Assembly (NCBI GenBank): GCA_965214705.1
Contig: CBDCCI010000002.1
Coordinates: 928,001 to 992,000 of the forward strand
From: Alphaproteobacteria bacterium
GTDB lineage: Bacteria > Pseudomonadota > Alphaproteobacteria > UBA828
Reading direction: 5' to 3'
Length of the DNA stretch: 64,000 nt
Part shown: positions 22,884 to 32,090 of the stretch, piece after piece
Position numbering within the stretch: position 1 is the first letter of the stretch
Layout: the number at the start of each line of letters is the position of its first letter
Notes under the pieces: generated by a model
Database searches by the model: none
What the model was told of the DNA's origin: nothing
The model's input: the letters and a program-made list of their open reading frames with translations, nothing else
Program-made: the position numbers and the translations under genes

Positions 22884-24065
22884 GTGCAGATCGCCGAGCG
22901 CATGGGGCGGCTCGGGACCGAGACCGCCTTCGACGTATTGGCCCGCGCGGGCGCCTTGCAGGCAGCCGGGCGCAGCATCATCAATCTCGGGATCGGCCAG
23001 CCTGATTTCCGCACCCCCGACCATATCGTCGAGGCGGGCCGCAAGGCGCTGACGGACGGCCACCACGGTTACACCCCGGCGAACGGCATCCCTGCGCTGC
23101 GCGAGGCGGTGGTCGCCGACATCGCCACGTACCGCCGCTGCGAGGTCGATCCCGACAACGTCGTGGTGGTGCCGGGCGGCAAGGTCACGATGTTCTTCGC
23201 TGCGCTGATGTTCGGCGAAGAGGGGGCCGAGATCCTCTATCCCAATCCGGGCTTCCCCATCTACGAGTCCGCGATCAAGTTCTCCGGCGCGACGCCGGTG
23301 CCGATTCCGCTCTACGAGGAAACCGGCTTCTCCTTCGATGCCGAGGAGGTGCTGGCCAAGATCACGCCCCGCACCCGGCTCGTCATGCTCAACAGCCCGG
23401 CCAACCCGACCGGCGGCGTGGTTCCGCGCGAAACCTTCGACCGGCTCGCCGAGGGGCTCGAGGCCCATCCCCACGTCGCGATCATGAGCGACGAAATCTA
23501 CAGCCGCCTGCTCTACGAAGGCCGCGAGCATGTCACGATGCTGGACTATCCGGCGCTGCGCGACCGCGTGATCGTGCTCGACGGCTGGAGCAAGACCTAT
23601 GCGATGACCGGCTGGCGCATCGGCTACGGGGTGTGGCCCGCACCGCTCGCGGCGCACGCCACGCGGCTCGCGATCAACTGCAACTCCTGCGTCAACGCGC
23701 CAACCCAGCACGCGGCGCTGGCGGCGCTCACCGGCCCGCAGGAGTCAGTCGACATCATGCGCAAAACCTTCGACGAGCGGCGGAAGCTCATCGTCCCCGC
23801 CCTCAACCGGATCGAGGGCATCACCTGCGTCGATTCCGCCGGCGCCTTCTACGCCATGCCCAACATCACCGGCACCGGTCTCGATGCGCGCACGCTGCAG
23901 GACGGACTGCTGGAGGAGGCCGGCGTCGCCACCATCGCCGGCACCAGCTTCGGCGCCTACGGCGAGGGCTACCTCCGCCTCTCCTACGCCGCGAGCACGG
24001 AGGAGATCGAGGAATCCGTCGCCCGCATCGAGGCTTGGCTCGCGGCGCGCGCAGCCGCGGCGTGA
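22884..24065 (+). CDS. Class I PLP aminotransferase (aspartate aminotransferase-like)
   Basis: NSPANPTG, SDEIY, SKTYAMTGWRIG, YLRLSYA. Confidence 0.92.
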   Translation: MQIAERMGRLGTETAFDVLARAGALQAAGRSIINLGIGQPDFRTPDHIVEAGRKALTDGHHGYTPANGIPALREAVVADIATYRRCEVDPDNVVVVPGGKVTMFFAALMFGEEGAEILYPNPGFPIYESAIKFSGATPVPIPLYEETGFSFDAEEVLAKITPRTRLVMLNSPANPTGGVVPRETFDRLAEGLEAHPHVAIMSDEIYSRLLYEGREHVTMLDYPALRDRVIVLDGWSKTYAMTGWRIGYGVWPAPLAAHATRLAINCNSCVNAPTQHAALAALTGPQESVDIMRKTFDERRKLIVPALNRIEGITCVDSAGAFYAMPNITGTGLDARTLQDGLLEEAGVATIAGTSFGAYGEGYLRLSYAASTEEIEESVARIEAWLAARAAAA

Positions 24066-24141
24066 AGGGGCCAGCGCGCTCGCCCGTGCGCGCGGCGAAG
24101 GTCGATCACATTTGGGGCCGGTCGTGGTAGGAACGGGAGTG

Positions 24142-24218
24142 GCGCCCGTAGCTCAGCCGGATAGAGCACGAGCCTTCTAAGCTTGGGGTCGCAGGTTCGA
24201 GTCCTGCCGGGCGCGCCA
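24142..24218 (+). tRNA. tRNA-Arg(TCT)
   Basis: 77-nt cloverleaf: acceptor GCGCCCG/CGGGCGC, anticodon arm CGAGC-CTTCTAA-GCTTG, T-loop GGTTCGAGTCC, encoded CCA. Confidence 0.97.
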
Positions 24219-24230
24219 TGCCTCCACCGA

Positions 24231-24353
24231 ACGCGCTAGGGAACCTCTGATTTATCAGGGGTTCCCGTGGCACAGGGATGTGCCACCATTTTCGGTGGCT
24301 ATAAGTCACTGAAAATGTGAGCAAAGCGGAAAGCGCGCTTCCGCCTTGCGCGT
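24231..24353. repeat. Cluster of four inverted repeats downstream of tRNA-Arg
   Basis: Stems 24239-66, 24267-86, 24287-317 (abutting) and 24321-49. Confidence 0.75.
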
Positions 24354-24411
24354 CTGAGAAATGCAGGAGGCACTTATTCAGACCTTCCCTAGAGATCAAG
24401 GGCAGCCACCG

Positions 24412-24717
24412 ATGGCCAAGAGACACCCGTCCCTAGTGCCGGTGCATCCGGGAGAGATTCTGCGGGAGGACGTTCTGCCGGCGCTTGGCATGACCAGGAC
24501 GGCCGTTGCCGGCGCCCTCGGAATCTCCCGGCAGACCCTCTACGACATCCTCAACGAGAAGCAGCCGGTCACGGCCGAGATGGCGGTTCGTTTCGGCAAG
24601 CTGTTCGGCAATGGCGCGGCCTTTTGGCTCAACCTGCAGCGGGCCCACGACCTGGCAATCGCGGAGCGCACGGTCGACGTGTCCGGAATACCGACACTCG
24701 AAACACGGGCCGGCTGA
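24412..24717 (+). CDS. higA: HigA-family antitoxin (HTH), no adjacent toxin
   Basis: PVHPGEILREDVL, VTAEMAVRFGKLFGNGAAFWLNLQ. Confidence 0.9.
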   Translation: MAKRHPSLVPVHPGEILREDVLPALGMTRTAVAGALGISRQTLYDILNEKQPVTAEMAVRFGKLFGNGAAFWLNLQRAHDLAIAERTVDVSGIPTLETRAG

Positions 24718-24963
24718 GCGAATGATCCCCGCTCAAGAATGAAACGCGGCTGACGCTTCGTCCCGACTGTCGGCACCCGCCGCCCCGTGCCGCGCTTGTG
24801 CCGCGAGCCTCAGGGCCGCATACTTCCCGCTGAGCCATAAGGCGTGGAGAGGTGCTGCTCCGACGCGACGGGCGGCGCCGACGGGCGCCCTGCTCGTCGG
24901 CTCCTTCCCCGATCGCAACGCGTGCGGTGCAGCGCGAACGTCATAACGGGGAGGAGCAAGCTT

Positions 24964-26256
24964 ATGGCGGATCTCAAGAAGACAGAAATTTCCAGGCGGT
25001 CCGTACTCAAGGGCTCGGCAGCGGCCGCCGGCGTGGCGGCCGGCGCAAGCCTCGGCGGTTTCCCGACGGTCTGGTCGCAGGACATCAAGGACATCGAGAT
25101 CAGTATGATCGGCACGGCAGTGACGATCTCCAGCACCTACGAGGCGATGGCCGAAGAGGCGCTGGGCTTCCAGTTCAACATGTCGGCGGTCGATCTCAAC
25201 ACCATCGGCCAGCGCGCCCTCACGCAGCCGAGATCGGCCGACCTGTTCGAGCCGGATCTCGAGCAGTTCCCGCAGATCTTCCCGTCCGGCAACATGCAGG
25301 CGATCGACATCACCAAGCTGGAGCATTTCGATCAGCTGCTCGGGATCTACAAGAAGAGCGGCACGATCCATGCCGACGCCTGGTACGGGGACGGCATGAA
25401 CCCGTCGCGCTACTGTTGGACCTCGGCCATCGACGGCAGAGACTTCGTCGAGCCGGAATCCAGCCAATGGATGACCATCGTGCCCGGCACCTTCAACGCC
25501 GATACCCTCGGCGCGCAGCCCGAAAAAATCGGCCGCCCGATCGAGACCTGGGCCGAGTTCGTCAACCCCGAGTTCAGCGGCAGGACGGCGCTGCAGAACT
25601 TCCCCGGCATCGGCATCATGGATATCGCCATGGCGCTCCAGGCCAACGGGGAGATCGAGTACGGCGACAAGGGCAACATGACGGTCGATGAGATCAACTA
25701 CACCTTCGACCGGCTGATCCAACTCAAGAAGGACGGGCACTTCCGCGCCTTCTGGAGCACCTTCAACGATTCGGTCAATCTGATGACCTCCGGCGAGGTG
25801 GTGCTGCAGTCCATGTGGTCGCCGGCGGTAGCGGCGGTGCGCGCACGCGGCGTGCCCTGCATCTACCTCGACCTCAAGGAAGGCTACCGGGCCTGGGCGC
25901 TCGGCGCGATGATCCCGCGCCACGTCGAGGGCAAGAAGCTCGGCGCCCTCTACGACTACTTCAACTGGTACCACTCGGGCCCGGCCGGGGCCTACTTCTC
26001 CAAGCAGGGCTACTACATGTGCACGCCCGAGAACTCGCGCGGCTTCATGGAGCCCTGGGAGTGGGATTACTGGTACGAGGGCAAGCCGGCGGAAGGCGAG
26101 GTCAAGGACCCGTTCGGCAACGTCATGGAGCAGCCCGGCCACGTCCGCGACGGCGGCTCGTTCGCGAACCGCATGGGCCGGGTCGCCGTGTGGAACTCGA
26201 TCATGGACGAGAACATCCTCGTCGTGAAACGCTGGAACGAGTTCCAGACCGCTTAA
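24964..26256 (+). CDS. Tat-exported ABC solute-binding protein (PotD/PotF-like)
   Basis: Twin-arginine ISRRSVLKG; SGEVVLQSMWSPAV, KEGYRAW. Confidence 0.85.
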   Translation: MADLKKTEISRRSVLKGSAAAAGVAAGASLGGFPTVWSQDIKDIEISMIGTAVTISSTYEAMAEEALGFQFNMSAVDLNTIGQRALTQPRSADLFEPDLEQFPQIFPSGNMQAIDITKLEHFDQLLGIYKKSGTIHADAWYGDGMNPSRYCWTSAIDGRDFVEPESSQWMTIVPGTFNADTLGAQPEKIGRPIETWAEFVNPEFSGRTALQNFPGIGIMDIAMALQANGEIEYGDKGNMTVDEINYTFDRLIQLKKDGHFRAFWSTFNDSVNLMTSGEVVLQSMWSPAVAAVRARGVPCIYLDLKEGYRAWALGAMIPRHVEGKKLGALYDYFNWYHSGPAGAYFSKQGYYMCTPENSRGFMEPWEWDYWYEGKPAEGEVKDPFGNVMEQPGHVRDGGSFANRMGRVAVWNSIMDENILVVKRWNEFQTA

Positions 26257-26274
26257 TCAACGCTGTCATGGTTG

Positions 26275-26300
26275 CTGCGGCGCCTCACGGGGCGCCGCAG
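26275..26300. terminator. Hairpin between convergent genes
   Basis: CTGCGGCGCC-TCACGG-GGCGCCGCAG 10-bp stem. Confidence 0.6.
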
Positions 26301-26312
26301 TTGCTTAAACCG

Positions 26313-27050
26313 CTATACGTGTTCACCGCCGTTGACGTGCAACTCGCCGCCGGTGATGTAGGCGGCGGTGTCCGAGCAGAGGAAATAGATCGCGGACGCC
26401 ACCTCCGAGGGCTTGCCGAGGCGCGCCATCGGAATGGCCGGCAGCAGGTCGTTGGCCTGGGGCGAGAGGATGGGCGTGTCGATCTCGCCCGGCGCGATGG
26501 CGTTGACGCGGATGCCGAGCGGGCCGAAGTCCGCTGCCATCTCGCGGGTGAGCGCAGCGAGCGCCGCCTTAGAGGTCGAATAGGCGCTGCCGGCGAAGCG
26601 GTGAACCCGGCCGCCCGCGATCGAGGTCACGTTGACGACGCTGCCCTGGCCGCGCTTTAGCTCATCGAAGAGGCCCCGCGCCAGCGCCAGCGGCGCGTAG
26701 AAGTTGACTTGAAAGACCTCGCGCCAGAGGTCGAGGTCGGTGCTCAGGCTGTCGAGCCGGATGCCGTCCTCGCCCTTGGGCGAGATGCCCGCGTTGTTCA
26801 CCAGCGCGGCGAGCGGCGCACCGCCCAAGCGCCCGCGCATCTCCTCGATGCCGCGCGCGACGTCATCCGGGTCGGCCAGGTCGATCCTGATGTGGTCTTC
26901 GGGCCCGGCCTCCCACGGGCAATCCTCCGAGAAGGCCCGGCGCGAGGCGGTGATGACCCGCCAGCCCGCCGCGCTGAAGCGCTTGACCGTCGCGTGCCCG
27001 ATCCCCTGACTCGCGCCGGTGAGGATCAGGGTCCTCCGTTCGTCCGCCAT
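26313..27050 (-). CDS. SDR oxidoreductase (FixR-like)
   Basis: TGASQGIG, NNAGIS, YSTSK, NAIAPGEIDT. Confidence 0.9.
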   Translation of the reverse strand: MADERRTLILTGASQGIGHATVKRFSAAGWRVITASRRAFSEDCPWEAGPEDHIRIDLADPDDVARGIEEMRGRLGGAPLAALVNNAGISPKGEDGIRLDSLSTDLDLWREVFQVNFYAPLALARGLFDELKRGQGSVVNVTSIAGGRVHRFAGSAYSTSKAALAALTREMAADFGPLGIRVNAIAPGEIDTPILSPQANDLLPAIPMARLGKPSEVASAIYFLCSDTAAYITGGELHVNGGEHV

Positions 27051-27061
27051 GGCCGTGCTCC

Positions 27062-27841
27062 CTATCCGTCGCCCTCCACCGGCATGGTGTAGTTGAGACG
27101 CATGCGCCCCCCATCGGCGTAGATTACCTGTCCTGTGACGTATGAGGAATCGTCGCTTGCGAGGAAGACCGCGATGCCCGCGATCTCCTCCGGCTGGCCG
27201 ACACGGCCCATGGGAGTGCGGGAGAGCACCCGCCGCCGCGCCGCCTCGTCGGTGAGCAGCGAGCCCGAGAGCTCGGTGAGGATCGTGCCCGGGCCAATTG
27301 CGTTCACGCGGATGCCTTTGGGCGCGAGCGCCAGCGACATGACTGAGGTGAGCTGGTTGACCCCGCCCTTGCTGACCACGTAGGCCGCGATCGTATCGAT
27401 CGCCATGACGCCGTTAACCGACGACATGTTGATGATGCTGCCGGAGCCTGCCTCCACCATCGCCCGCGCCGCCGCCTGGCCCACCAGGAAGTAGCCCCGC
27501 AGGTTGACGCGGAGCACGCGGTCGAAGTCTTCCTCGGTCACGTCGAGGAAATCCGCGATGGTGAAGATGCCGGCGTTGTTCACCAGCACGTCGATGCGGC
27601 TGTGGCGCGAGACCGTCTCCTCGATCAAGGCGCGCGCCTGCGGGCCCTCGCCGGTATCGCAGGCGACGAAGGCGGCGCTGGCGCCGGTATCGCGGATCGA
27701 CTGGGCCGTCACCTCGCCCTGCTCTTCCAGGATGTCGGCGATGACCACCGCCGCACCCTCGGCGGCGAAGCGCCGGGCGCAGGCGGCGCCGATGCCGCGG
27801 GCAGCCCCGGTCACCACCGCGATCTTGCCTTCGAGCCTCAT
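27062..27841 (-). CDS. SDR oxidoreductase
   Basis: Start MRLEGKIAVVTGAARGIG at 27841; NNAG, YVVSK. Confidence 0.92.
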   Translation of the reverse strand: MRLEGKIAVVTGAARGIGAACARRFAAEGAAVVIADILEEQGEVTAQSIRDTGASAAFVACDTGEGPQARALIEETVSRHSRIDVLVNNAGIFTIADFLDVTEEDFDRVLRVNLRGYFLVGQAAARAMVEAGSGSIINMSSVNGVMAIDTIAAYVVSKGGVNQLTSVMSLALAPKGIRVNAIGPGTILTELSGSLLTDEAARRRVLSRTPMGRVGQPEEIAGIAVFLASDDSSYVTGQVIYADGGRMRLNYTMPVEGDG

Positions 27842-28422
27842 TCCGCCTCCGCCCCCGGCCGGAACAGGTTGACGATGTGGCGGGCGATCTCCTCGGCCGT
27901 GTCCTCGCCCGGCCTGTACCACGTGATCGACCAGGCCATGGCGCCGATCAACGCCAGCCGAAAATACTTGCGGCTCGTGCCCTCCGGCAGCGGCAGGTCG
28001 TCGATCAGCGTGCGAAAGACATTCTCGTAGTCGTGGCGCTCTTCGATCATGCGCGCGCGGAGCTTCGGCGAATGCCGGCGCGGGAACTCGGTGGCGATGA
28101 CCGAGCCGTAGTCCTTGCTCTGGTGCAGGGTCTCGACGTGGGCGGCGCAGGCGGCTTCCAGCCTGCCCCAGGGGTCGTCCGCGGTCTCGATGGCGGCCAG
28201 CACACGCTCCTTGATTCGCTGGATACCGGCGGCATGGACCGCCGCCAGCAGGTCTTCCTTGGAGGCGAAGTGGTAGTACATCGAGCCGGGCAGGATGCCG
28301 GCCGCGGCGGCAATATCGCGGACCGAGGTGGCGCTGTAGCCGGACCGAGCGAACTCCACCGCCGCCGCGTCGAGGATGCGGCCCCGGCGATTGTCCCTGC
28401 GCTTCCCGTCGGTTTCCGCCAC
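27838..28422 (-). CDS. TetR family regulator
   Basis: GYSATSVRDIAAAAGILPGSMYYHFASKEDLL. Confidence 0.93.
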   Translation of the reverse strand: MAETDGKRRDNRRGRILDAAAVEFARSGYSATSVRDIAAAAGILPGSMYYHFASKEDLLAAVHAAGIQRIKERVLAAIETADDPWGRLEAACAAHVETLHQSKDYGSVIATEFPRRHSPKLRARMIEERHDYENVFRTLIDDLPLPEGTSRKYFRLALIGAMAWSITWYRPGEDTAEEIARHIVNLFRPGAEAE

Positions 28423-28633
28423 TGCCTGGGATCATTCCGGACTCGGCGGGTTTGGGCAAGCGTTTGTTTGATTGGGCGGATTGGCGCGCTTTGGTAATTG
28501 TTCCGCCAAGCCATGGATATTCCCAAGGGCGAACGGGGCGTAGAGCGGCGGCTGTAGGAGCCCATCGGTCGTTTGCACTCTACAGCTTCACCATCGGGAC
28601 AAACGATTCCGCGGTCTGGTGTGTCTGTCGCTT

Positions 28634-29647
28634 CTATCTAACTCCGAAGTGCAGAGCGGCGCGGCTGGGAACCGCGATCCCTTCTCGTTTTGCCATGGAG
28701 AGGACAATTCTTGCGCATAATTTGACCGCATTTTGCCCGAGCTCGTGCAATTCAGACTCCTCCAAGTGGACACCCCGGTGCTCGCTTCCTGTTCGTGAAC
28801 GGTCGTGGAACAGTCGGCTGCGTCTTGCGTACAGATCTTCCCATTCTCCCCACACGTCCGACAGATCATTTTCGGCGAGCAGTCTCCTTATCCTTTGGCG
28901 AATGCTCTCCTGCCTCACCTGACGAATTGCTTTAATGACTTGTGCGGCGTCTCCTAACTCACCGTGAGACCGCTCAACCCACGCTGCCGCGCCCTCGATG
29001 AGTTTCTGTTGCCTGTCAGACCATGGGGGATCATTCGCCAAGCCTTCGATCGTAGAGACCGCCAGCACCACTTTGGCGATCGGCTCCTGGTTCATCTCAG
29101 CGAGATTCATCACGCGAATGGCCCGCCGGATCGACGGTGATCCGTTGCGGGTCACTTTGCCTTGCGGCATTGTTTCCTCGAGAGCTTCGATGAAATCGCC
29201 CGCGTTCGGCCGCGCCCGCCCGCTCGCGCGCGCACGAAAGAACACTGTGTTCTCGTCGTCCGGCAGGACCACGATCCCGTGCACATCGGGACCGAGGCGC
29301 ATATCGGGATTCAGGCGTCGGCCGCTGCTGAGGATATCTGGGTTGAACCATGACTTCGTGCGGTCGTCCCCGGGGTCGCCTGCGTCCACGCCGACCTTGG
29401 CGCACAGCCCAGCCAGGTGCGCTGCCCGTCGTAGTTCTTCACCAAACCCCCTTGCCTGATCCTCGGATTCGAAACCCCGACACCCCATGATCAACCAAGA
29501 TGCATCCCGCAACGGCTGCGACTGTTTTTCTGGCTCGATTGTGATCGTCCTGCCGGCGAGAGACGCCTCTAAGGCACTCTCTGTCGTTGCCAGCAACTTA
29601 CCGACCTGGAACTTCAGCCACAGGCGATATTCGGTTGCCTCTGCCAC
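28634..29647 (-). CDS. Hypothetical protein with C-terminal HEPN (ApeA-like) motif
   Basis: LYARRSRLFH (RxxxxH) preceded by AVSTIEGL; AT-richer codons; GTG start at 29647 inferred. Confidence 0.65.
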   Translation of the reverse strand: MAEATEYRLWLKFQVGKLLATTESALEASLAGRTITIEPEKQSQPLRDASWLIMGCRGFESEDQARGFGEELRRAAHLAGLCAKVGVDAGDPGDDRTKSWFNPDILSSGRRLNPDMRLGPDVHGIVVLPDDENTVFFRARASGRARPNAGDFIEALEETMPQGKVTRNGSPSIRRAIRVMNLAEMNQEPIAKVVLAVSTIEGLANDPPWSDRQQKLIEGAAAWVERSHGELGDAAQVIKAIRQVRQESIRQRIRRLLAENDLSDVWGEWEDLYARRSRLFHDRSRTGSEHRGVHLEESELHELGQNAVKLCARIVLSMAKREGIAVPSRAALHFGVR

Positions 29648-29955
29648 CAAAAAATCCCCCTGAGCAGTCGACTCTGGAACGCAGCACTTTCTGCGGTATC
29701 TCATGTCCACGTCAGCGTATCCATTCCTGAACACAGTGTTTCGTTGCACTCTGCCGCCTGCGCTCCTTGAGATCTGCGCGTGACCCGACGTATCCACCTC
29801 CTGACGGAACGGATTGACGCTTTGCGCGCCCGCCGATTGTCGCCACGGTTGAAGGTGGCTACCATCGTCGGCGTTGCGCTGGGCAAGGAGGCCGGCGCCC
29901 GGCCGCGCCGCGTCCGGCACGGACGGCAGGATGCACCGACACAGGGAGGCTATCG

Positions 29956-31197
29956 ATGAGCAAAGTGAATCGTCGCACGTTCCTGAAGGCGGCCGGAATC
30001 GGTGGCGCAGCAATAGCTGCAGCGCCGACCGTGATCGTGAAGCCCGCGCGCGCCGACACCATCAGGGTCGGCGGGCTGCACGACCGCACCGGCGTGATCG
30101 GCATCTACGGCAACGAGATGGCCGACGCGCTCGTGTTCGCGGTGGAAGAGATCAACGCGGCCGGCGGCGTGCTGGGCCAGCAGCTCGAACTCATCGAGTA
30201 CGACGCCCAGTCGACCATGGCCAACTACTCGCAGTATGCGCAGCGGCTGGCGACGAGCGACCAGGTCGACGTCGTCTTCGGCGGCATCACCAGCGCGTCG
30301 CGCGAGTCGATCCGCCCGGTCTTCGACCGCTTCCGCAAGCTCTACTTCTACAGCACCTTCTACGAGGGCGGCGTCTGCGACCGCACAGTATTCTGCAACG
30401 CCGAGACGCCGGCGCAGATCAACGGCCCGCTGCTCAAGTACGCGATGGATAAGTTCGGCGCGAAGACCGTCTACACCATCGCCGCCGACTATATCTACGG
30501 GCAGATCACCGCCGACTGGATCAAGAAGTACGCCAAGGATTTTGGGGGCGAGGTGATTGCCGAAGAGTTCTTCCCGCTCGATGTCGGCGACTTCGCATCG
30601 ACCATCACCAAGATCCAGCAGGCCGATCCCGACCTGGTGGTCTCGGCGCTCGTGGGCGGCAACCACATCGGCTTCTACCGGCAGTGGCCGGCGGCGGGGA
30701 TGCAGGACAAGATCCCGGTGGCATCCACCGTGTTCGGGCCGTGGGAGAACGCCTTCGTCTCGGCCGCTGAGTCCGAGGGCATCATGTGCTCCTACCACTA
30801 CTTCCAGAGCATCGACTCGCCGGCCAACGCGGCCTTCCTGGAGAAGTGGCGCGGCCGCTACGGCGAAGATGCCCAGGAGATCGGCACCCTCGCCATCTGC
30901 ACCTACAACTCGGTCAACATGTGGAAGAAGGCGGTCGAGCAGGCCGAAACCATCGACCGCATGGCGGTGATCGAGGCGCTGGAGACCGGGATCTCGGTCG
31001 AGGGGCCGGGCGGCACGGTGACGATGGATCCGCCGACCCACCACACCATCATGAGCGCGGCGATTGCCGAGCTCAATGGCGGCCAATTCAACATCGTCGA
31101 GGTGGCCGAGAACCGGACGCCGGACGATACCGCCACGGTCTGCGACCTGATCGCCAATCCGAATCAGGCGACCCAGTACCGGATCGAGGTCGACTGA
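29956..31197 (+). CDS. Urea/amide ABC substrate-binding protein (UrtA/AmiC-like)
   Basis: Tat NRRTFLK; GGITSASRESIRP, YEGG, DYIYGQI. Confidence 0.88.
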   Translation: MSKVNRRTFLKAAGIGGAAIAAAPTVIVKPARADTIRVGGLHDRTGVIGIYGNEMADALVFAVEEINAAGGVLGQQLELIEYDAQSTMANYSQYAQRLATSDQVDVVFGGITSASRESIRPVFDRFRKLYFYSTFYEGGVCDRTVFCNAETPAQINGPLLKYAMDKFGAKTVYTIAADYIYGQITADWIKKYAKDFGGEVIAEEFFPLDVGDFASTITKIQQADPDLVVSALVGGNHIGFYRQWPAAGMQDKIPVASTVFGPWENAFVSAAESEGIMCSYHYFQSIDSPANAAFLEKWRGRYGEDAQEIGTLAICTYNSVNMWKKAVEQAETIDRMAVIEALETGISVEGPGGTVTMDPPTHHTIMSAAIAELNGGQFNIVEVAENRTPDDTATVCDLIANPNQATQYRIEVD

Positions 31198-31223
31198 CCT
31201 CTTTCTAGTCGTCGTTACCGATC

Positions 31224-32090
31224 ATGGACCTCGCCGGCATCATCGCCGTCCAGATCGGCTACACCGTGGCCAGCCTCGCGCTCATCAGCGCGGGGCTGGC
31301 TGTCATTTTCGGCATGATGCGGGTCATCAACCTGGCCCACGGCGAGTTCCTGATGCTGGGCGCCTACGCGGTCGTGGTCTCGACCAAGGCCGGCATCAAC
31401 TTCTGGGTCTCGATGCTGGTGATCGCGCCGCTCTTCGTCGGCATCGTCGGCGTCATCGTCGAGCGCTTCGTCGTCCGCTTCCTCTACGGCCGCATGATGG
31501 ACACCCTGATTGCGACCTGGGGGCTCTCGCTGCTCTTTATCGGCATCATCACGACCATCTTCGGCAATGCGACCGAGAGCGTGGTCTCGCCGCTCGGCAG
31601 CTTCGAGATTGGCGAGTTCGTCGAGAGCCAGTACCGGCTGTTCATTATCTTCCTCGGCGTGCTCGTGATCGCGGTGATCTTCGTCGTGCTGCGCTATTCG
31701 CGCGCAGGCCTCATCGCCCGCGGCACCATGCAAAACGCCGACATGGCGGCCGTGCTCGGCATCAGTCCGCAGCATGTCTACACCATCACCTTCGGTGTGG
31801 GCGCCGCGCTCACCGGGCTCGCGGGCGCAGCACTCGCGCCGGTGACCGGCCTGCTGCCCACAATGGGCGCGGCCTTCATCGCCAAGGCCTTCATCACCGT
31901 GATCGGGGGCGGCGAGGCCATCGTGACCGGCACCTCGTCCGCGTCGGCGTTCTTCGGCACCGTGAACCAGGTCACCACCTTCCTCTGGACGCCGGTGATG
32001 GGCGACGTTGCGCTGCTCATCGCCGCGGTCATCCTGCTCAGGCTGCTGCCGCAGGGCATCACAGGCCGGTTCTTCCGCCGATGGCTCTGA
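31224..32090 (+). CDS. ABC permease (UrtB-like)
   Basis: GLAVIFGMMRVINLAHGEFLMLGAY, TLIATWGLSL. Confidence 0.88.
   Translation: MDLAGIIAVQIGYTVASLALISAGLAVIFGMMRVINLAHGEFLMLGAYAVVVSTKAGINFWVSMLVIAPLFVGIVGVIVERFVVRFLYGRMMDTLIATWGLSLLFIGIITTIFGNATESVVSPLGSFEIGEFVESQYRLFIIFLGVLVIAVIFVVLRYSRAGLIARGTMQNADMAAVLGISPQHVYTITFGVGAALTGLAGAALAPVTGLLPTMGAAFIAKAFITVIGGGEAIVTGTSSASAFFGTVNQVTTFLWTPVMGDVALLIAAVILLRLLPQGITGRFFRRWL

Noticed and set aside
24142-29900. Intact genomic island integrated at tRNA-Arg
   Set aside because: No integrase and no duplicated tRNA 3' end were seen in the window; downstream genes have host-like composition.
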